From Paraspadella gotoi (taxonomy: Eukaryota; Animalia; Chaetognatha), in the NCBI GenBank assembly GCA_051294375.1, contig CM119267.1:26515343-26579342 (forward strand): DNA of 64,000 nucleotides. Direction: 5' to 3'. A program made the position numbers and the translations under genes. This document shows, one piece after another, positions 12,661-26,043 of the stretch (positions within the stretch are counted from its first letter, which is position 1; each line of letters opens with the position of its first letter). The notes beneath the pieces were generated by a model, which saw nothing but the letters and a program-made list of their open reading frames with translations, was not told the origin of the DNA and ran no database searches.

Positions 12661-14289
12661 ATTTTTTGTATACATAAATGTTTATTGAGAATACCGCGGA
12701 AAAAGTGAAATATAGCAGTCACGTTGGCAGCCGTTGCTAAAGAAGTCTGGAGAAAATATTTTGGTCTTCGTTTTCATATTAGTTTTTCTGTGTTTATGTG
12801 CTGAGAACGTGAGTAAAAGAGAGATTCCCTGCGAGTCGAATCAGATACAAAGATGAAATACTATTGGAAAAAGAAACACTCCGCTTTCTCTTATTCTTAA
12901 TGTCCGATCAAAAAGTGGTCACTGTTGAACTTAAAGGTGTTCGAAATTGGCACGGAGTCGGAGGCCGGAGGCCGGGATCCAAAAACCCTACCAATTTCAG
13001 TGACACTTTACTCAATATAAAACCAAATAAAATTGACTCTTCCGTTAAACCATTTAAGCCATAGAACAACGAATCGTACCAGTCAATTTTAACACAGCTA
13101 TCAGTGAAATTGTGAAAGTCAAAACTCGTATTAACTCTTTATGAACTCGTCGGCCCCATTAAACTCAATCTCTTTCACTGTTTTTTTGACAATCGGTGTT
13201 TTCTGCTATTCATGCCCTCGATAGAAAAAAATGAAAAAAGGAAAAAAAATCAGAGCCAATTTGTCATTTGTCAGCGTTTGTTTCCTTCTGCTTTATTTTG
13301 TTTTGTTCTTCAGACGTTCGCTCGCGCATTCCGAAAAAGCGAAAACGATGTGAAAAAAAGGGACGATGGGGGATTGGGGCAGGGATGTGAGGTGGGGCTG
13401 AAAAAAAGGGTGGAAGACTAGGCGGAAATACGCTTTTAAAGGGAGAGAGAGAGAGCATAAAGAGATGGAGATGGGGAAAAACAAAAATCAAAAAAAAAAT
13501 GAGGAGAGAAAGATCGCTGAAAGTAAAAAGAGAGTAAAGAGGCGTAAACATAACATCAATCTGATATAACGCACCTGCTGTTTGTAGTATTACAAGAGAG
13601 ATGGACTTCGATGAGACGAGGAGAGAGAAAGAGAAAGACAAAAAGAGGGTCCGAATAAATTATTCTCAAATAATATAATTTCTAAATCACAGATCTTTCT
13701 TTTCTTCTCTAATCCCTATTAAAGAATTAGATTTTTTTTTTCTCGTTGATGTTTCGCGCTTAACTAGATCCATGTCTCCGGCCAGGATACAGATTTTCTG
13801 ATTGGCATTTCGTCTTTCTATTTGTTTTACTTTGAAGCCAAAATTAAATAATAATCTCCAATAGAAGTCTCGAGGCCCGAAGTTTCTCCTGGGTTTTCCT
13901 TTGATATTTAAATAAAAAGAGGTCGGTTATTTAAAGGCGCGACTTTGTCGTTTGAAGAATATTATAAAAAAATATTATTTTCTGTTGAATTTTTTTACTT
14001 TTACCCTTAATTAGGTCATAAGTTATTTCTATTTTTTTAAAAAGATATTAAAGTTATTGAATGAGTTCATATTAATAAGGTGAAGGAGGCAACAAACAAC
14101 CACAGCCTGTCCCGTTACGTTGGTGTACCAATTTAATATATATTTTTTCATGACAATCAAATAAAATAAGTATAATATAAAAAAAACTTTCGATATAAAA
14201 ATTTACATTTCCTAGTCGCTTTCCGCGACATCAAAATTCGTTTATATTTTATCTCCGTAGGATTAAACACAATTTCTCAATTGCGAAAC

Positions 14290-17200
14290 GTCTCAGTCTT
14301 TATTGGCTGTTGTCGGCCTTGGCGTTGTTGGCGCCACGCCACAGGCCGACGCCACGCGAAAAATTAAGCGCCGAATCGCGAAGGCCGCGGCCAAAGGTCC
14401 GCGGCGCCGCGCGACGCCGCAGACGCCGCTTCCGGCGGATGCCCCTTCATCTCCGCCTCGGCCCGCCTTCAAGCGAACGATGCGACCGAACTTCGCGTCT
14501 CGCTCAACGCGCCGAGGCCAAGGAGGTGCTGGAGCGGGTCTGGCGGCGCTGGGACGACTGCCGCGCCCGGGAGGAGATCACTCGCGGAAGCCTTCATCGA
14601 CGACGCGGAGGCTCGATCCGCCAAAGAGTCAGTCCGCGCAGGAATGGCCCGACAGATCGAAGGTCTGCACGAATACAGACAGAGGAATCGGACTGAGTAA
14701 TGAAACTCCGTGCGGCAGCGAATTCAGATACGAAGTTCTCGCGCTTCACCGGGACACTGTCACAATCTTGAAATACCCGAAAAGGGAATGCAGTGCTCGC
14801 AGTTTGTTCTGGCCCTGCTCAAGCCGCGATACGAGGACGGAGTCAATCAGGCGTCGGTTGTCGGGCGATAATTATCCACCGGGTTTCGCGCTCCCTCGCA
14901 GGAAAGTCTCGGTCAGCGCGGGTAAGTCGAGACCGGTGGAAGCGGAGTGCTGGTTAAGGTAAGGTTTAGTAAGGTTAGTTTAGTTTTAGTTTAGTTTAGT
15001 TTAGTTTATGTTTAGTGTAGTGTTAGTGTAGTGTAGTGTAGTGTTAGGTAGTGTAGTTTTAGTTTTAGTTTAGTTAGTTTAGTTTAGGGTTAGGTTAGCA
15101 TCGCAGGAGACTCAGCCTCAACCTAAAAGTGAAATCGGATCGGCAGGAGTTTGGTTCAGTTTGGTTAGTTTTGTTAGATTAGATTTGGTTAGGTTTGGTT
15201 TTCGTTGGTTTGGTTTAGTTTAGGTTTGGTAGGTCTGGTTTAGTTTAGATAGGTTTGGTGTGGCTAGGTATAGGTTAGGTTAGGTTTTGATAAGTTAGGT
15301 TAGGTTAGGGGGTTTAGGTTAGGTTTTTATTAGGTTAGGTCTATGTGCGTTACGGTGAGGTTTTTTTCACAATTTGGTCTGGATCTTGGCACGTCACAAG
15401 TTTATTTGTCACCTCGAGGGACCTGATATTGTATTACTGTTGACTTGTAGCTTAAAAAAGGACAGTTGAGTTTCATATAGAACGCTCAAGAAAAATAATT
15501 GATTTTTCAAGCATATATTGATTTTCAATTTTTAACTACAATCCAAATTAACGCAAAAAGTGGCCTAAATTAGACATTTAAATTCCTTAATCAGGTGGCG
15601 ACGGATGACCCCGATCTGATCCGAAACACGAACATTTCCTGAATGATACTTCCAATGGGGCAGTTCCTCGACATGACATGACCCTCACTACCCGAAGGAT
15701 AAGATGGCAGTTGCGCTGACAACTGCGAAAAAATGACGCCTGTTATCCGATTTCAAAGGACGGACGAGGAAAGAATAATTGTTTATCACATTTGTACGTT
15801 CGGCCGCGACTTGCGGGAGAACACGTCAGTGTTTGAATCGGTTTGAATGATGGATTTTGATTGATAAGTAAAACGATTTATTTTCTTGCCGACATGTTAA
15901 CAAATAAGGGAAAAAAAAGTTTTGCATAAACAATAAAAAGTTTTCCTATAACTATATATAACAAGAATATGATACAATGTTACATAAACAATTCTTAGTT
16001 GAATGATCTCACGCCTGATGACTTTTTGGGCGCATTTTGGTTAAGTCGACCGTCCCTATTCAGAGAACAATTCAACGACCCTGAACGAGGCCTACATCGA
16101 CGGAGGAATTGAATATACGGAATACGGAGACAAAGTTGACGCTGCTGCCGCGAATCAGATGACAAGAGGCGCTCAGGTTGGGAATTTAAATATTTTCATT
16201 ACATGTCAGAATGGATTTGCCTGGCTTATTGATAGGATGGCATTACCAATGATTTGATTGATCGATTGATTTGATTTGATTTAGTTGGTTAAAAGAGACT
16301 TCGATTACTTTAATTTATTCGAGCGGAGTTCGCTAAAACGAAAAGTTTTGTTACTTTTTACAACGATTTATAACAGAGTATAACGAGACATGCTTTCGAC
16401 TCTTGCTTTGCGGAGTCTGTCACGAATCGCGCTAATTAATTACAACAACGAAAAGACGTTTAAAATTACATAATGTTAATTTATTTGTATTGGGTAGACG
16501 AGAAGTACTCATGTAATTGTGCTTTATAAATATATATAATTATGTCCTTTTTTAATTACCGCCCCCCCCCCTAACAATTTTGTTTTGAGTTAGGTTGGAA
16601 GATTCGACGGAAATAGGAAAAAAATCTTTCTACCCGATGACAATTTTCCTGCACATCGACTGCTGGGATACGCAGCGGTGAGGGAGGGGTGAGAGAGAGA
16701 GAGAAGGAAGAAAACTACAATGAAAAAGAAAAAGAATTAGAGAAAAGACGCTGAAAGTAAAAGAGAGAAAGAGGCGTTAACATTCAAACATCATCTGTAT
16801 AACGCACCTGCATGTTGAGTATGTACAGAGAGATAGAGACGAGAGGAGAGAGAGAGACGAGAGAGAGAGAGAGAGTGAGAGAGAAGAGGAGAGAGAGATA
16901 GATGAGAGTAGGCGAAATCTAGCAAGAAGTCCGGAGACGTTGTAAATAATGAAGAAGAAAGAAAAGAAAGAGGAAAAAAGAAAGAAATATGGAGAGAATT
17001 GGAGGAAGAGAGGATGAAGACTGGAAAAAAGAAAGAAAAGAAAAAGAAGAAAAAAAGGTCAAAGACAAAGTAAGAACAGAGTAGAGTTAGGAAAAAGGGT
17101 GAAAAAAACAGACGTCCCCCCTCCCCAATTTGAAACCGCTCCAACTCCTCATCAGGGCGCCTTGCATGATGGCGGCGACGAGTCGTGGCCAATCATTCCT

Positions 17201-18900
17201 CTCTCCTTTCCCTCCGACAGGATCTTCCTCCGCGAAACCCACAATCGAATCGCTCTTCAACTCTCGACTTCTAAATCCAAATTGGGACGACGAGACGAAA
17301 TCTTTCAAACGACGCGGGGAAGATCGTCATCGCTCTCCGCTGGCAACAACATCACTTACAAGATTGGTTGCCATGGTTATCAAGGATCCCCCCGCGCGCC
17401 GGAAGTGCGACGGGGATCTCAACTAGACGGAGGTGGACCCGGAGTTTGTGCCAACGAGTTCTGCCACAGGGCCGCGTTCAGCTGGATTAGATTTATTTAT
17501 TTCGGATTTACCTATTTGTGTTATAAACTTCTTTTTTTTGTGTAAATATATTAGGATTACTATTTTAATAATTGACGGTTGATGGAAAGTTGCTCATAAA
17601 TATTTTTCTACTACTTTTCATTGTAAATTTTTAGCATTTTTTTTGTGAACTTTTGCTTGCGTTTTTTTTATGTAAAATGGACGTATTGGATTTTCACTTG
17701 ATTTAGCTTTCTATTTGTTTGTTTGTTTGTTTATTCTTCCCTTTTCTCAAACTTTTCCTCACTTACCCTTCCGTCCTCTTCTACATGCTGTCCCCAACCC
17801 TCTCTCTTTTCTTCCTTCCACCGGTCCGCCCAGATGCGCCCACGGACGATCTACTTTCAAGAGCTACATGCTGGAGCTCGGTTCGACGGTTCGTCAGAGG
17901 CCCCGGACGCAACCTCTCCAAGTCTTTCTTCCGCGGACGGGATTGATCAGCGAGACGATCGACCCTTTCCATCGCGGCCTCATGGGCCTCAATCCAAGAC
18001 GCCCAACAACGAGTACATGGTCACGACGAGTTGACGAGGGTCTCTTCGGAAGCGAGATTTGGCCGCGCGGAACATACAACGGGACAGGCGATCACGGACT
18101 GCCCCTTACCGGACTACCTCCTTGGCGTACAAGTTCATTATTCGCTGCGAAACGTTTCGCCGATTTGAAGAACTTATAACCAACGCGAAAGTGCTGACAA
18201 GCTGGAGACGCCTCACGGGCATGCGGCCGAAAGTAGACCTTTGGGGTCGGCGGACTGGCTGAGACGAGGCCGGCCGGTCGGAGCCGCGGGGCGCTGTTCG
18301 ATAAAGTCATGACGGTCGTTTCAACTCGGACGATGTATTGGGCGAACCGGTTCTTTTACACGCACGAGGGCTGCTTCACGCCGCTGCAGTTGGCGGAGAT
18401 TAGGAAGTTAAGGTCAAGGGGCGAGATTAAAAATTTTGCAACTTGGGGCTAAATGGCAAGCGTCTTTTTCCTTTTTTTTAAATTATGTGAATAAGTTACA
18501 TCCTACATTTAAAAAAAAAAACCATAAATTTTGTAAGTTTATTATTTGAATTTCCCCTTTTCTTTATTTTCCTTCATTATGAATTTTATATATCTCAGTA
18601 CCATCTTGCCTTCATCTGCTATATTTCTTGATTTTCTCACCTATTTTCTATTCATCTCTCGCTCTCTCCATCGCTATCCTTCTCTCTTCCCCCTCTATCC
18701 TTCCCTCACTCCCATTCCCCCCTCAGTCTTCCCTCGCCCGCATCATCTGCGAGCGAACAAGCCCGGCGACGACGGCGGGCATCGGGAGAGGCGGTGCCGC
18801 CGCGATACGTCTCCTTCAATCCGGATCCAGCGGACGAGCCTGACTTGAGCTGCGCGCGGACGTTCCGCCTCGACTTGTCGGACCACCCTGATCGATCGCG
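14290..18900 (+). CDS. Animal heme peroxidase (peroxinectin/chorion-peroxidase-like), multi-exon, many frameshifts (assembly error or pseudogene)
   Basis: Motifs occur in the expected order across frames: G.C.NLKYP...LLKPRYEDGV (~14750-14845), QWGQFLD(H)DMT (~15655), REQFN..AYIDG (~16065), HNRIA..NPNWDDE (~17240-17295), DLAARNIQR.DHGLP (~18056-18105), VDLW.GGLAE, RFFYTHEGCFTPLQLAEIRK, SLARIIC (~18727). Ends approximate. Confidence 0.85.
14953..15341 (+). repeat. Degenerate pentamer microsatellite (TTAGT/GTAGT/TTAGG/TTTGG) in a peroxidase intron
   Basis: Seen directly. Confidence 0.85.
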
Positions 18901-19529
18901 GGCGGCCGGACCGAGCGCAACGGCCGACTATCAAGCCGCCAAAGGAAGGGCCCAAGAGGCCGGGCCCAACTGGTTCCGGGTCACAACGGCCGCCTTCGAA
19001 AACCGGGGTGGCGTTCCGATCCGTGGTCGTGCGAGGGGCCCGGTTGGTCGCCACGGGGTGGTCAGGGAAGAGGTTTGCGGCCGGGGGAGTAACATGCCGG
19101 GTAAGGGAGTCCAGACAGGGAAGAGAACCCGGAGGAGACGGGAGAAGACCGAGCGGGAGATGGAGGAGTAGCTGTGGATGAGACCTCGGCGAGGATCCTT
19201 AGTTTTGATTGAGGAAGTATTTTGACTATAGTTACGTTGTAATTTCGAAATTTTTGTGATAATCAAGCGAAAAGTATTAAAGAATTACGACATTACGATT
19301 TATTATTCTCTGTGACTTAAAAATAAAAATTAAATTTTGAATGAAATTTTTCGCGATAGATCTAGGAAAAAAAATGTGGACTACTGAAAATTGTAATACT
19401 GATGTTCTGCTTACCAAGTATAAAATCGCGAAGTACACGCAAGTTCAAAACTCTTCAGATAGCTAAAAATGAAAACCAAGATTGAAAAAAAAAGGAGAAA
19501 GGAACGAATTGCCTATTGACGATGTAACT

Positions 19530-21461
19530 GTTAGTTTGAACTTCAAGCCATTTCGTAAAGCTTTTCTTCGAATTTCTGCTTCCACGCGATGTGTTCAACC
19601 GTGGCGAGAGCCGTGGGCCCGCGTCGTTGCCGGGCGCGCGCGCCTTGTAGGGTATTTGGCGAAGAAGTTCTTTGACATCTGTGTGTAGAAGAGAGTTTAT
19701 AGTGACGAGATGGTATTCGATCTTTTAATTGAATTTAAAAGAAAAGATATTAAAAAAAAGTTTTTAACATATCAATGACTAAGTTACATTAAAATGTTTT
19801 GTTTGGTATAAATTTTTCACATCAGTAAGTAAGATTTAACAGAATATGAAGAACGACATTGCGAGTAGACGTGTAATACAAGAACAAAAGCCCTATAAAG
19901 AGAAAGCATAAAACGAAACAAAATCCTTAAATTGTTGGCTTAAAAGAACATTTAAAAAATCCAAAAAAAAACACAAAACCGACCTGCAAATAAAATTCGG
20001 TTTTGAAGTCGCTGATGACTCTTTGCACCAATCGACCCAGTAGCGATCGGTTTGATCGTGAATCGAGCCACGATTTGCATCCCAGTGCGCTGAACGGGGG
20101 GGGGGTGAGATCAGTGAGATTCACAATTCACGGGTTCGTAATTCACATCTCCAAATCTTTCTAACTTCAAGTTTACCTTGATGTAGTCGCCACACATCCG
20201 TGGCCGACGATTCCGGAAATGTTATTGCATCACCGATAATAATCTCGAGAGACATCGCGGAAAGGTGGGGGCGACGAAGGGGGGGTTGTGTTTGAGTCAA
20301 GTTAATTGGCATCTGAACTTCATACTCTTAACTATCGGGCAGATGGCTTGCAGAGACCACAACTCAACTTTCGCACTTTTTCCCGGTTTCCCCTATTCGA
20401 GATATTGCCACAATTCCATGACTCCTTTTACTCTTAATTGTTATCATTGTAGGGACATACACTCTCTTTCATTTCCGACATGCATTCCACATGATTTCCC
20501 CACCGCCCCCCCCATCCATGACATCACCTAATCGATACCCCAAACCATCTGAAGAGAACCAGAGAAGAAGATCTCCCCCGTCTCTTCGCGGCGCAGCGCC
20601 AATTACGGCTGCCTCGTCTCTTCTTCCGGCCGGCAGCGTTGATCCTCTTTTCATCCTCAAATTTTTTTTTTTGTTTCACGAAACATAATTGTTCTCGTTT
20701 CGGTTCAGGTACTCGCGGCGCCGGCGTCGTAAAAGAGTCGAGGCCGGGCGCTGGCGACGGCGTTGGCGTGGAAAGAGCTTTGGAATGTCGACTTTATATG
20801 CAATGAAGATGGGAAACAGATAGAGTGATATTATCTTGTGCATTTTTCATTAAGGATTGCGGAAGATGAAATGAACAACGACGACGGACGACTTGTCCTG
20901 ATAAGACGGTGTCCTTGAGAGAAACTACAACAACAACAACTACTATAACGACAGAAAATAACGTCACGACGACGACGATAAACAACGACAACAACTACCG
21001 AAACGAAAACCAACTTTACTTTATGAATAGACGATTTCTTAAAAATAGATGAAGGAATAAAAGCGAGGAACTGAGCAGAACAAGAAGCAGAGGAAAGAGA
21101 GAGAGAGGAAGAGAAGAAAAAGAAAAAAACAAAACGCAACAAGATCGGTTTCATCCAGAGTTGTGTGCGCCGCAATGATGGAATGGATTCCGTCTTTAAT
21201 TTCTTTATAGTTTTAGATTTCCTGAAGACGGCCGCCTAGCAGTCACATAAGATTTTGAGGTTTTTTTTCCGTCTTAAACACATGAGCAAACCAATATAGG
21301 CGAGTTCATGGACATTTTTAACGTAATCTGGGGACAGACGGACAGAGAAATACGAACAACAATACCGACCGACCCACCGAGTGACTCGCGCGGCCCCCCG
21401 CAAATCTAAAGAGAGAGAGATGAAGGGTACAGAGAGAGAGGAGAGAGGATGACGAGAGAGG

Positions 21462-21497
<36 letters not shown>

Positions 21498-24145
21498 GAA
21501 AATAAAAATAGAAAAAAAAAAGAAAAAAAAAAAAAAAAAAAGGCCGCGGGCGATTAAAAGGATGACAGGGAATCGGCGAGAGACCAAAATCCAAACTTAC
21601 AATCATAAACTCATGAATAATTGATTTTGAAACGCTGCGAGCCGACGCGAGCGAAGCGAAGAGAGCAGAGAGAGAGAGAGAGAGAGATGAGAGCGGACGT
21701 GATGTCCCGGGCGCTGCGGGAGAGGACAGGATGCGACGTGAGAGAGAGCGAGAGAGAGAGAAGAGAGAAGAGGAGGGAGGAAGGGCGAGACAGAGGGGGA
21801 AGGAAAAAACAAGGAAACATGGGGCCGGGCAGTGGGGGCGGGAGAAAGAGAGAGGGGGGGGAGAAAGAAACGATCTCATTCGCAATCAAAATTCATGACT
21901 GATTGATGAGAGAGAGAGAACGAAGAGAGAGAGACGAGAGAGACGAGAGGAGATGAGAGGAATGAGAGGAGAGAGCGAGAGAGACGAGAGGGTTGTATTT
22001 AAAATTGGCATGCCTTCCCTACTACCTTTAATGCCTTCCCTTCCTGTATAGAAATCGGAAATACGTCCCATACATAATTTTCATGCCGTTTTCATCGATG
22101 TTACCTACGCTTATTGTGATCGTATTATGCTATTACCCGGCCAAGGGATTGCAACGTCACTCCCAATAAGACATTATCTCTTTTCAATGCTGAAAGTTTT
22201 CAATGCCATGTCCCCAAATGCCATCCCTTCATGCCATCCCCAAATGCCACCCCAAATCTTGAAATACTCTCGCCACCAACCTTGAGACCTGACTGCCTTT
22301 ATCTCTACTGTTCCCGTAGTCAATATCCTATCGCTGGATAATCCTAGGAGTTCGAGTCTCGGCCAGCGCCCGGAGAAGTTTTCTTTTTTTCTTGTGGGAC
22401 GTTGGCTTCTCATTACCGGTCCGTAAAACTTATTGAAAGAATAAAAAAAAAAAGGAAAATTTTTGAAAAAACGGTGCCATGTCATAAGATTTAGAATGTT
22501 TGAATATAAGGTTGGCAAAAAATTACTGCAGCGAAAAAAAAGCGCTTAAAAAGGAAAAGTTAAAAAAAAAAATAAAATTTAAAACTTTTAACGTATCATA
22601 AAAGAATTTTGAAAAAATATATAACCGATAAAAAAAGAACATCGGAGGTTTCTTATTTTATTTTTATTGTTCTTTCTTTGGCGCGCCACTTTCAAATCTG
22701 AAACACTTTTGCGTCTCGGGGAATAAAAATCGCGCGTCGGGGGAAGAGGGGAGATGTTAGGGGGCGGGGACGAGGGCTTAATGGGGGGCGGGAGGGGCGG
22801 AGAGTTACGAGCGAAGAGAATAAAAGAAATTCGACGGTGGAACCAAAAAATTCTTTGGAAAAGATCCCACGAGGGAAAAAACGATTGTAAGGGAATAGAT
22901 GGTTGGTGAATCTAGGGGGGAGGAGATGAATCTGGTGAATAAATCAGTGAATGAACTGGGCGATGAATCTAGGGGGATGAATCTGAGGAATGGAGTTGCT
23001 CGAAGTTGCAAACCCTGAAATGCTCTGCTGAGATGTAACGTCGCCGACTGAAGGAAAAAGGCGATTCTGAAAAAAAAAAAAACAGATTAGAAATGACGAA
23101 CAAATCATCAAAAACAATTATTCTATTGCCCAATAAAAGATGGGGAGTGGTTCACTGATGCCACTTGCGCGAAGATTGAAGGGCGGAAAAGAAAGTTGGA
23201 ATTTTCTCAAAAAATTCGATCGGCGTTTTTCGCTTCTTGGGTCCTGAAGGAAATAAAGCAAATGGGATTTCACATAACCGTGGAAATATAAAAGTTTTTC
23301 GGATTCCCGCGGCCTTCGTAAGAAGGAGGGAGAATAGGTTGTAAGGAGAAAAGGGGAGGGAAAGGAGAAGAAAAAGGAAGGAAAGGAGGAAAGGGAGGAA
23401 AGGAGGAAAGGGAGGAAAGGGAGAAGGGGAAGGAAAAGTTAAAAGGAGAGGAGACCTGATTAGATATAAAAAAAATGCAAGGAAATTGAAAAGGCGGATA
23501 ACGGGAAGAAGAAAAATAGAGGAAGAGAAGGAAGGGGAAAAACAGAAAATATCGGAAGGGAAAAAAAAATAGGGAAAAGACTGAAAAATAAGAAATTAGA
23601 AAGGAAGATTTTAAAAAAAATGAACGTTAGATTGTAGCAGAAAGAAGAGGAAAAAAAGAATTGCTTTGTAGGAAGAAATTAAACAAACAACGTATAAAAG
23701 AAAACCTTAGCTAAGTAACATTGACAATCCGCGGATTTAATAATTTAACAAAAACAAGAAAGACGAATCTGATAACGCGAAGGACGAGTCTACCAGTAGC
23801 AAATACCACTTTACCAAAAAATCAACCAATCAAATGATTAGAAACAGAAAACTGAACAAAAACAGCAACAAAATGACAACCACAAACGGACGAAACGACG
23901 AAAGACCACATTCCTGAGACCACCCTTGATTCCACTGTGGGACCAGTGACGATCCAGGGCATCCCGTATCGATAGTGACCATCGAGCGAATGTTCGGCTC
24001 CACGGGATTCTGTCCGGATTTCTTCCAACCACTGGTGTAACAAAGCCTTGGCGTTTGGTCAGGCAATTTTTGCGTCGCCATGGTAACACGCCAGGTTAAT
24101 TGAGGACGGGTCGAGTGAAGCGTTGGCCGGATCTCGTCGGCCTTT
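19530..24145 (-). CDS. M1 aminopeptidase (glutamyl aminopeptidase/APN-like), C-terminal ERAP1_C-domain exons, frameshifted; 5' exons not seen
   Basis: Fragments in the correct order: INLACYHGDAK.CL..AKALLHQWLEE..NPVEPNIRSMV.YRYGM (~24090-23960); NAVASARPRLFY (~20770); AHW..IVARFTI..R.LGRLVQRVISDFKTEFYLQ (20089-19984); FFAKYP...ALATVEHIAWKQKF...KWLE (19678-19540). Confidence 0.75.
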
Positions 24146-25169
24146 TTTTGCGAAGGAATAATAATCTTTATATATGTATTTAATTTTTTCACAGGTACAC
24201 CGTTATCACAATTATCTTATTGAGCATAAATATAAAAACCTTTTTTAATTCGTCTATCACAGAAACGTATTAATTTGACGGCGTAACGGCCACTATTCCC
24301 CGCAGACCTCCTCGCTGTCTCACCCGTGATAAGTCATCCGTCTCATCTAATTAAAACTTTGTCGGATTCAAATGTGTCTAATGGTCATTGACCATAAATA
24401 TAAATAAGAATTTTAATTTATTGATAGACTGGTTGATTTATCGATTGATCAAAAGATTTATTGATTAATAAATATATTTTTCAGTTAATTAAAAAGTATA
24501 TAATCATTATTGAAGGATAGTTTTAGTTAGCCTTAATGTCTTTTTTAAGATTCGTTCCTTCTATTATTAATTTTTAAATTTTTTATAATAATTGTTTTTA
24601 TTTGGTTTTTTATTCATTTTTTTCATTCATTCGGTTTTATTTCATTTGCTTCTTTGTTCATTTTAAAGAGGGAAAAAATATAGAAAAAGTAAAATAAGAA
24701 GGATTATTTATTTTTAGCTAAATTGAATATATATTATTGAATGGAAGGGCGAAAAAAAAGAAAAAGGTAAAATAAAAGGGAGAAAAAAGGAGAGAAAAGA
24801 AAGGGGGAAAGAAAAAGGGGAAAGTGAGAAAGAAAAAGAAAGAAACAGGAGGAGATAAATAAAGGGGAAGAAAGAATAAAAAAGAGATTAGGAGAGAAAA
24901 AAAAGAAGAAAATAAAGGAAAAAAGCAGGGAAAAAGTGGAGAAGAGAGAGAAGGGTAAAAATATGGTGAGAAGGGGAGAGGAGAATAAGAGAGGATAGGA
25001 AAAAAATAGTTTTTTTTTTTAAATTTAAAGATTTCATACCAAAAAATGAAAAAAAATCGCATTTGAAAATTAACCGAATTTAACCGTTAAAATAAATATA
25101 TTAACGGTTTAGTTAAAATAATTTTTAACCGTTAATAACCATTAACCGTTAACGGTTATCGGAACACTA

Positions 25170-25447
25170 CCCACATATGCTGCTGCACAGGATTGGTTGC
25201 CCGCCCCTGCACAGGCCGCCCAATAGACGGCTCCTGATGTTTTCGGTCTGGGGATTTTGTCTTTCGGTTTCACCAATTGCTCACGTAGGGAGCCGCGGGC
25301 CGTCACTGAGGTGGAAATCCCCTGCTTTGCTAGCACCCGCACCAATGACTCAGTGATCCCCTGGTGGTAGGGGAGGGACAAGTGGCCCACGTTCCTGGGA
25401 CGCTTCTGCTTATCTTCCAATTGCGCTGTGGTGGGCACGGTAGGCAT
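25170..25447 (-). mobile_element. Penelope-like element fragment (linker and start of GIY-YIG endonuclease)
   Basis: LSLPYHQGITESLVRVLAKQGI...LVKPKDKI...GAVYWAAC....C...YVG; interrupted by a ttaaccgttaa-type MITE end. Confidence 0.85.
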
Positions 25448-25456
25448 TAAGGCGTA

Positions 25457-25466
25457 NNNNNNNNNN
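25457..25466. other. Assembly gap (10 N) flanked by inverted cattaaggcgta / tacgccttaatg
   Basis: Run of N between two termini of the foldback family. Confidence 1.
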
Positions 25467-26043
25467 ACTACGCCTTAATGGAAAGGTCTAATATTCATCC
25501 GTTAAGAGGGAAGGTCATTCAACTTAACAATGCGTAATCTTTGATGTATTAGAGCTAATACATCGAGAAATACATCGTAATCACCAGTAATCACCAAAAA
25601 AAAGTTTTTATTTATATGTAAACATTCTGTTTTAAATATTTTTTTATATCAGTAAATAAAAAAATTGTTAAATTAAATCAGTAAGCACATTTTTTAAAGA
25701 ATTGTTTTTCAATCTGGTTGTTAAAAAATTCTAGGTAAGAAGTTAAAACACGGTAAAGGCAAATTTAGAAGGGGAAAGTTAAACAATTAATCTTGTTACT
25801 CTGTTGTTTTCCAGTCCTAAACAAAATCTTTAGTTAAATAGATGGTAAAAAAATTCGAGTTGCAGCCTAAACGATTGCAATAATATTGATTTAAAAATTT
25901 GATTAGCAATCTTAAAAACATTTATGAAAATATAATAGAGAGATATTTTGATAAACATGTTCCAGTTAGAGAGAATTCAGGGTTAAAGTTTAAAAATGTT
26001 TCATTTTCAAGGATACAATTGAAATTTAAAAATGTCTCTCTAT

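Noticed and set aside
14953-15341. TTAGG runs as an arthropod telomere
   Set aside because: Short, mixed with other pentamers and intronic; not enough to call a telomere or infer the taxon.
19980-20060. C-type-lectin-like WVDWC...FIC reading
   Set aside because: Another frame matches the M1 aminopeptidase in correct order with the neighbouring exons.
20794-22071. Many Phe/Leu/Ser- or Arg/Glu-rich ORFs (also at 5.7, 13.3, 16.8, 24.7 and 30.5 kb)
   Set aside because: Products of GA/CT microsatellites and poly-A tracts.
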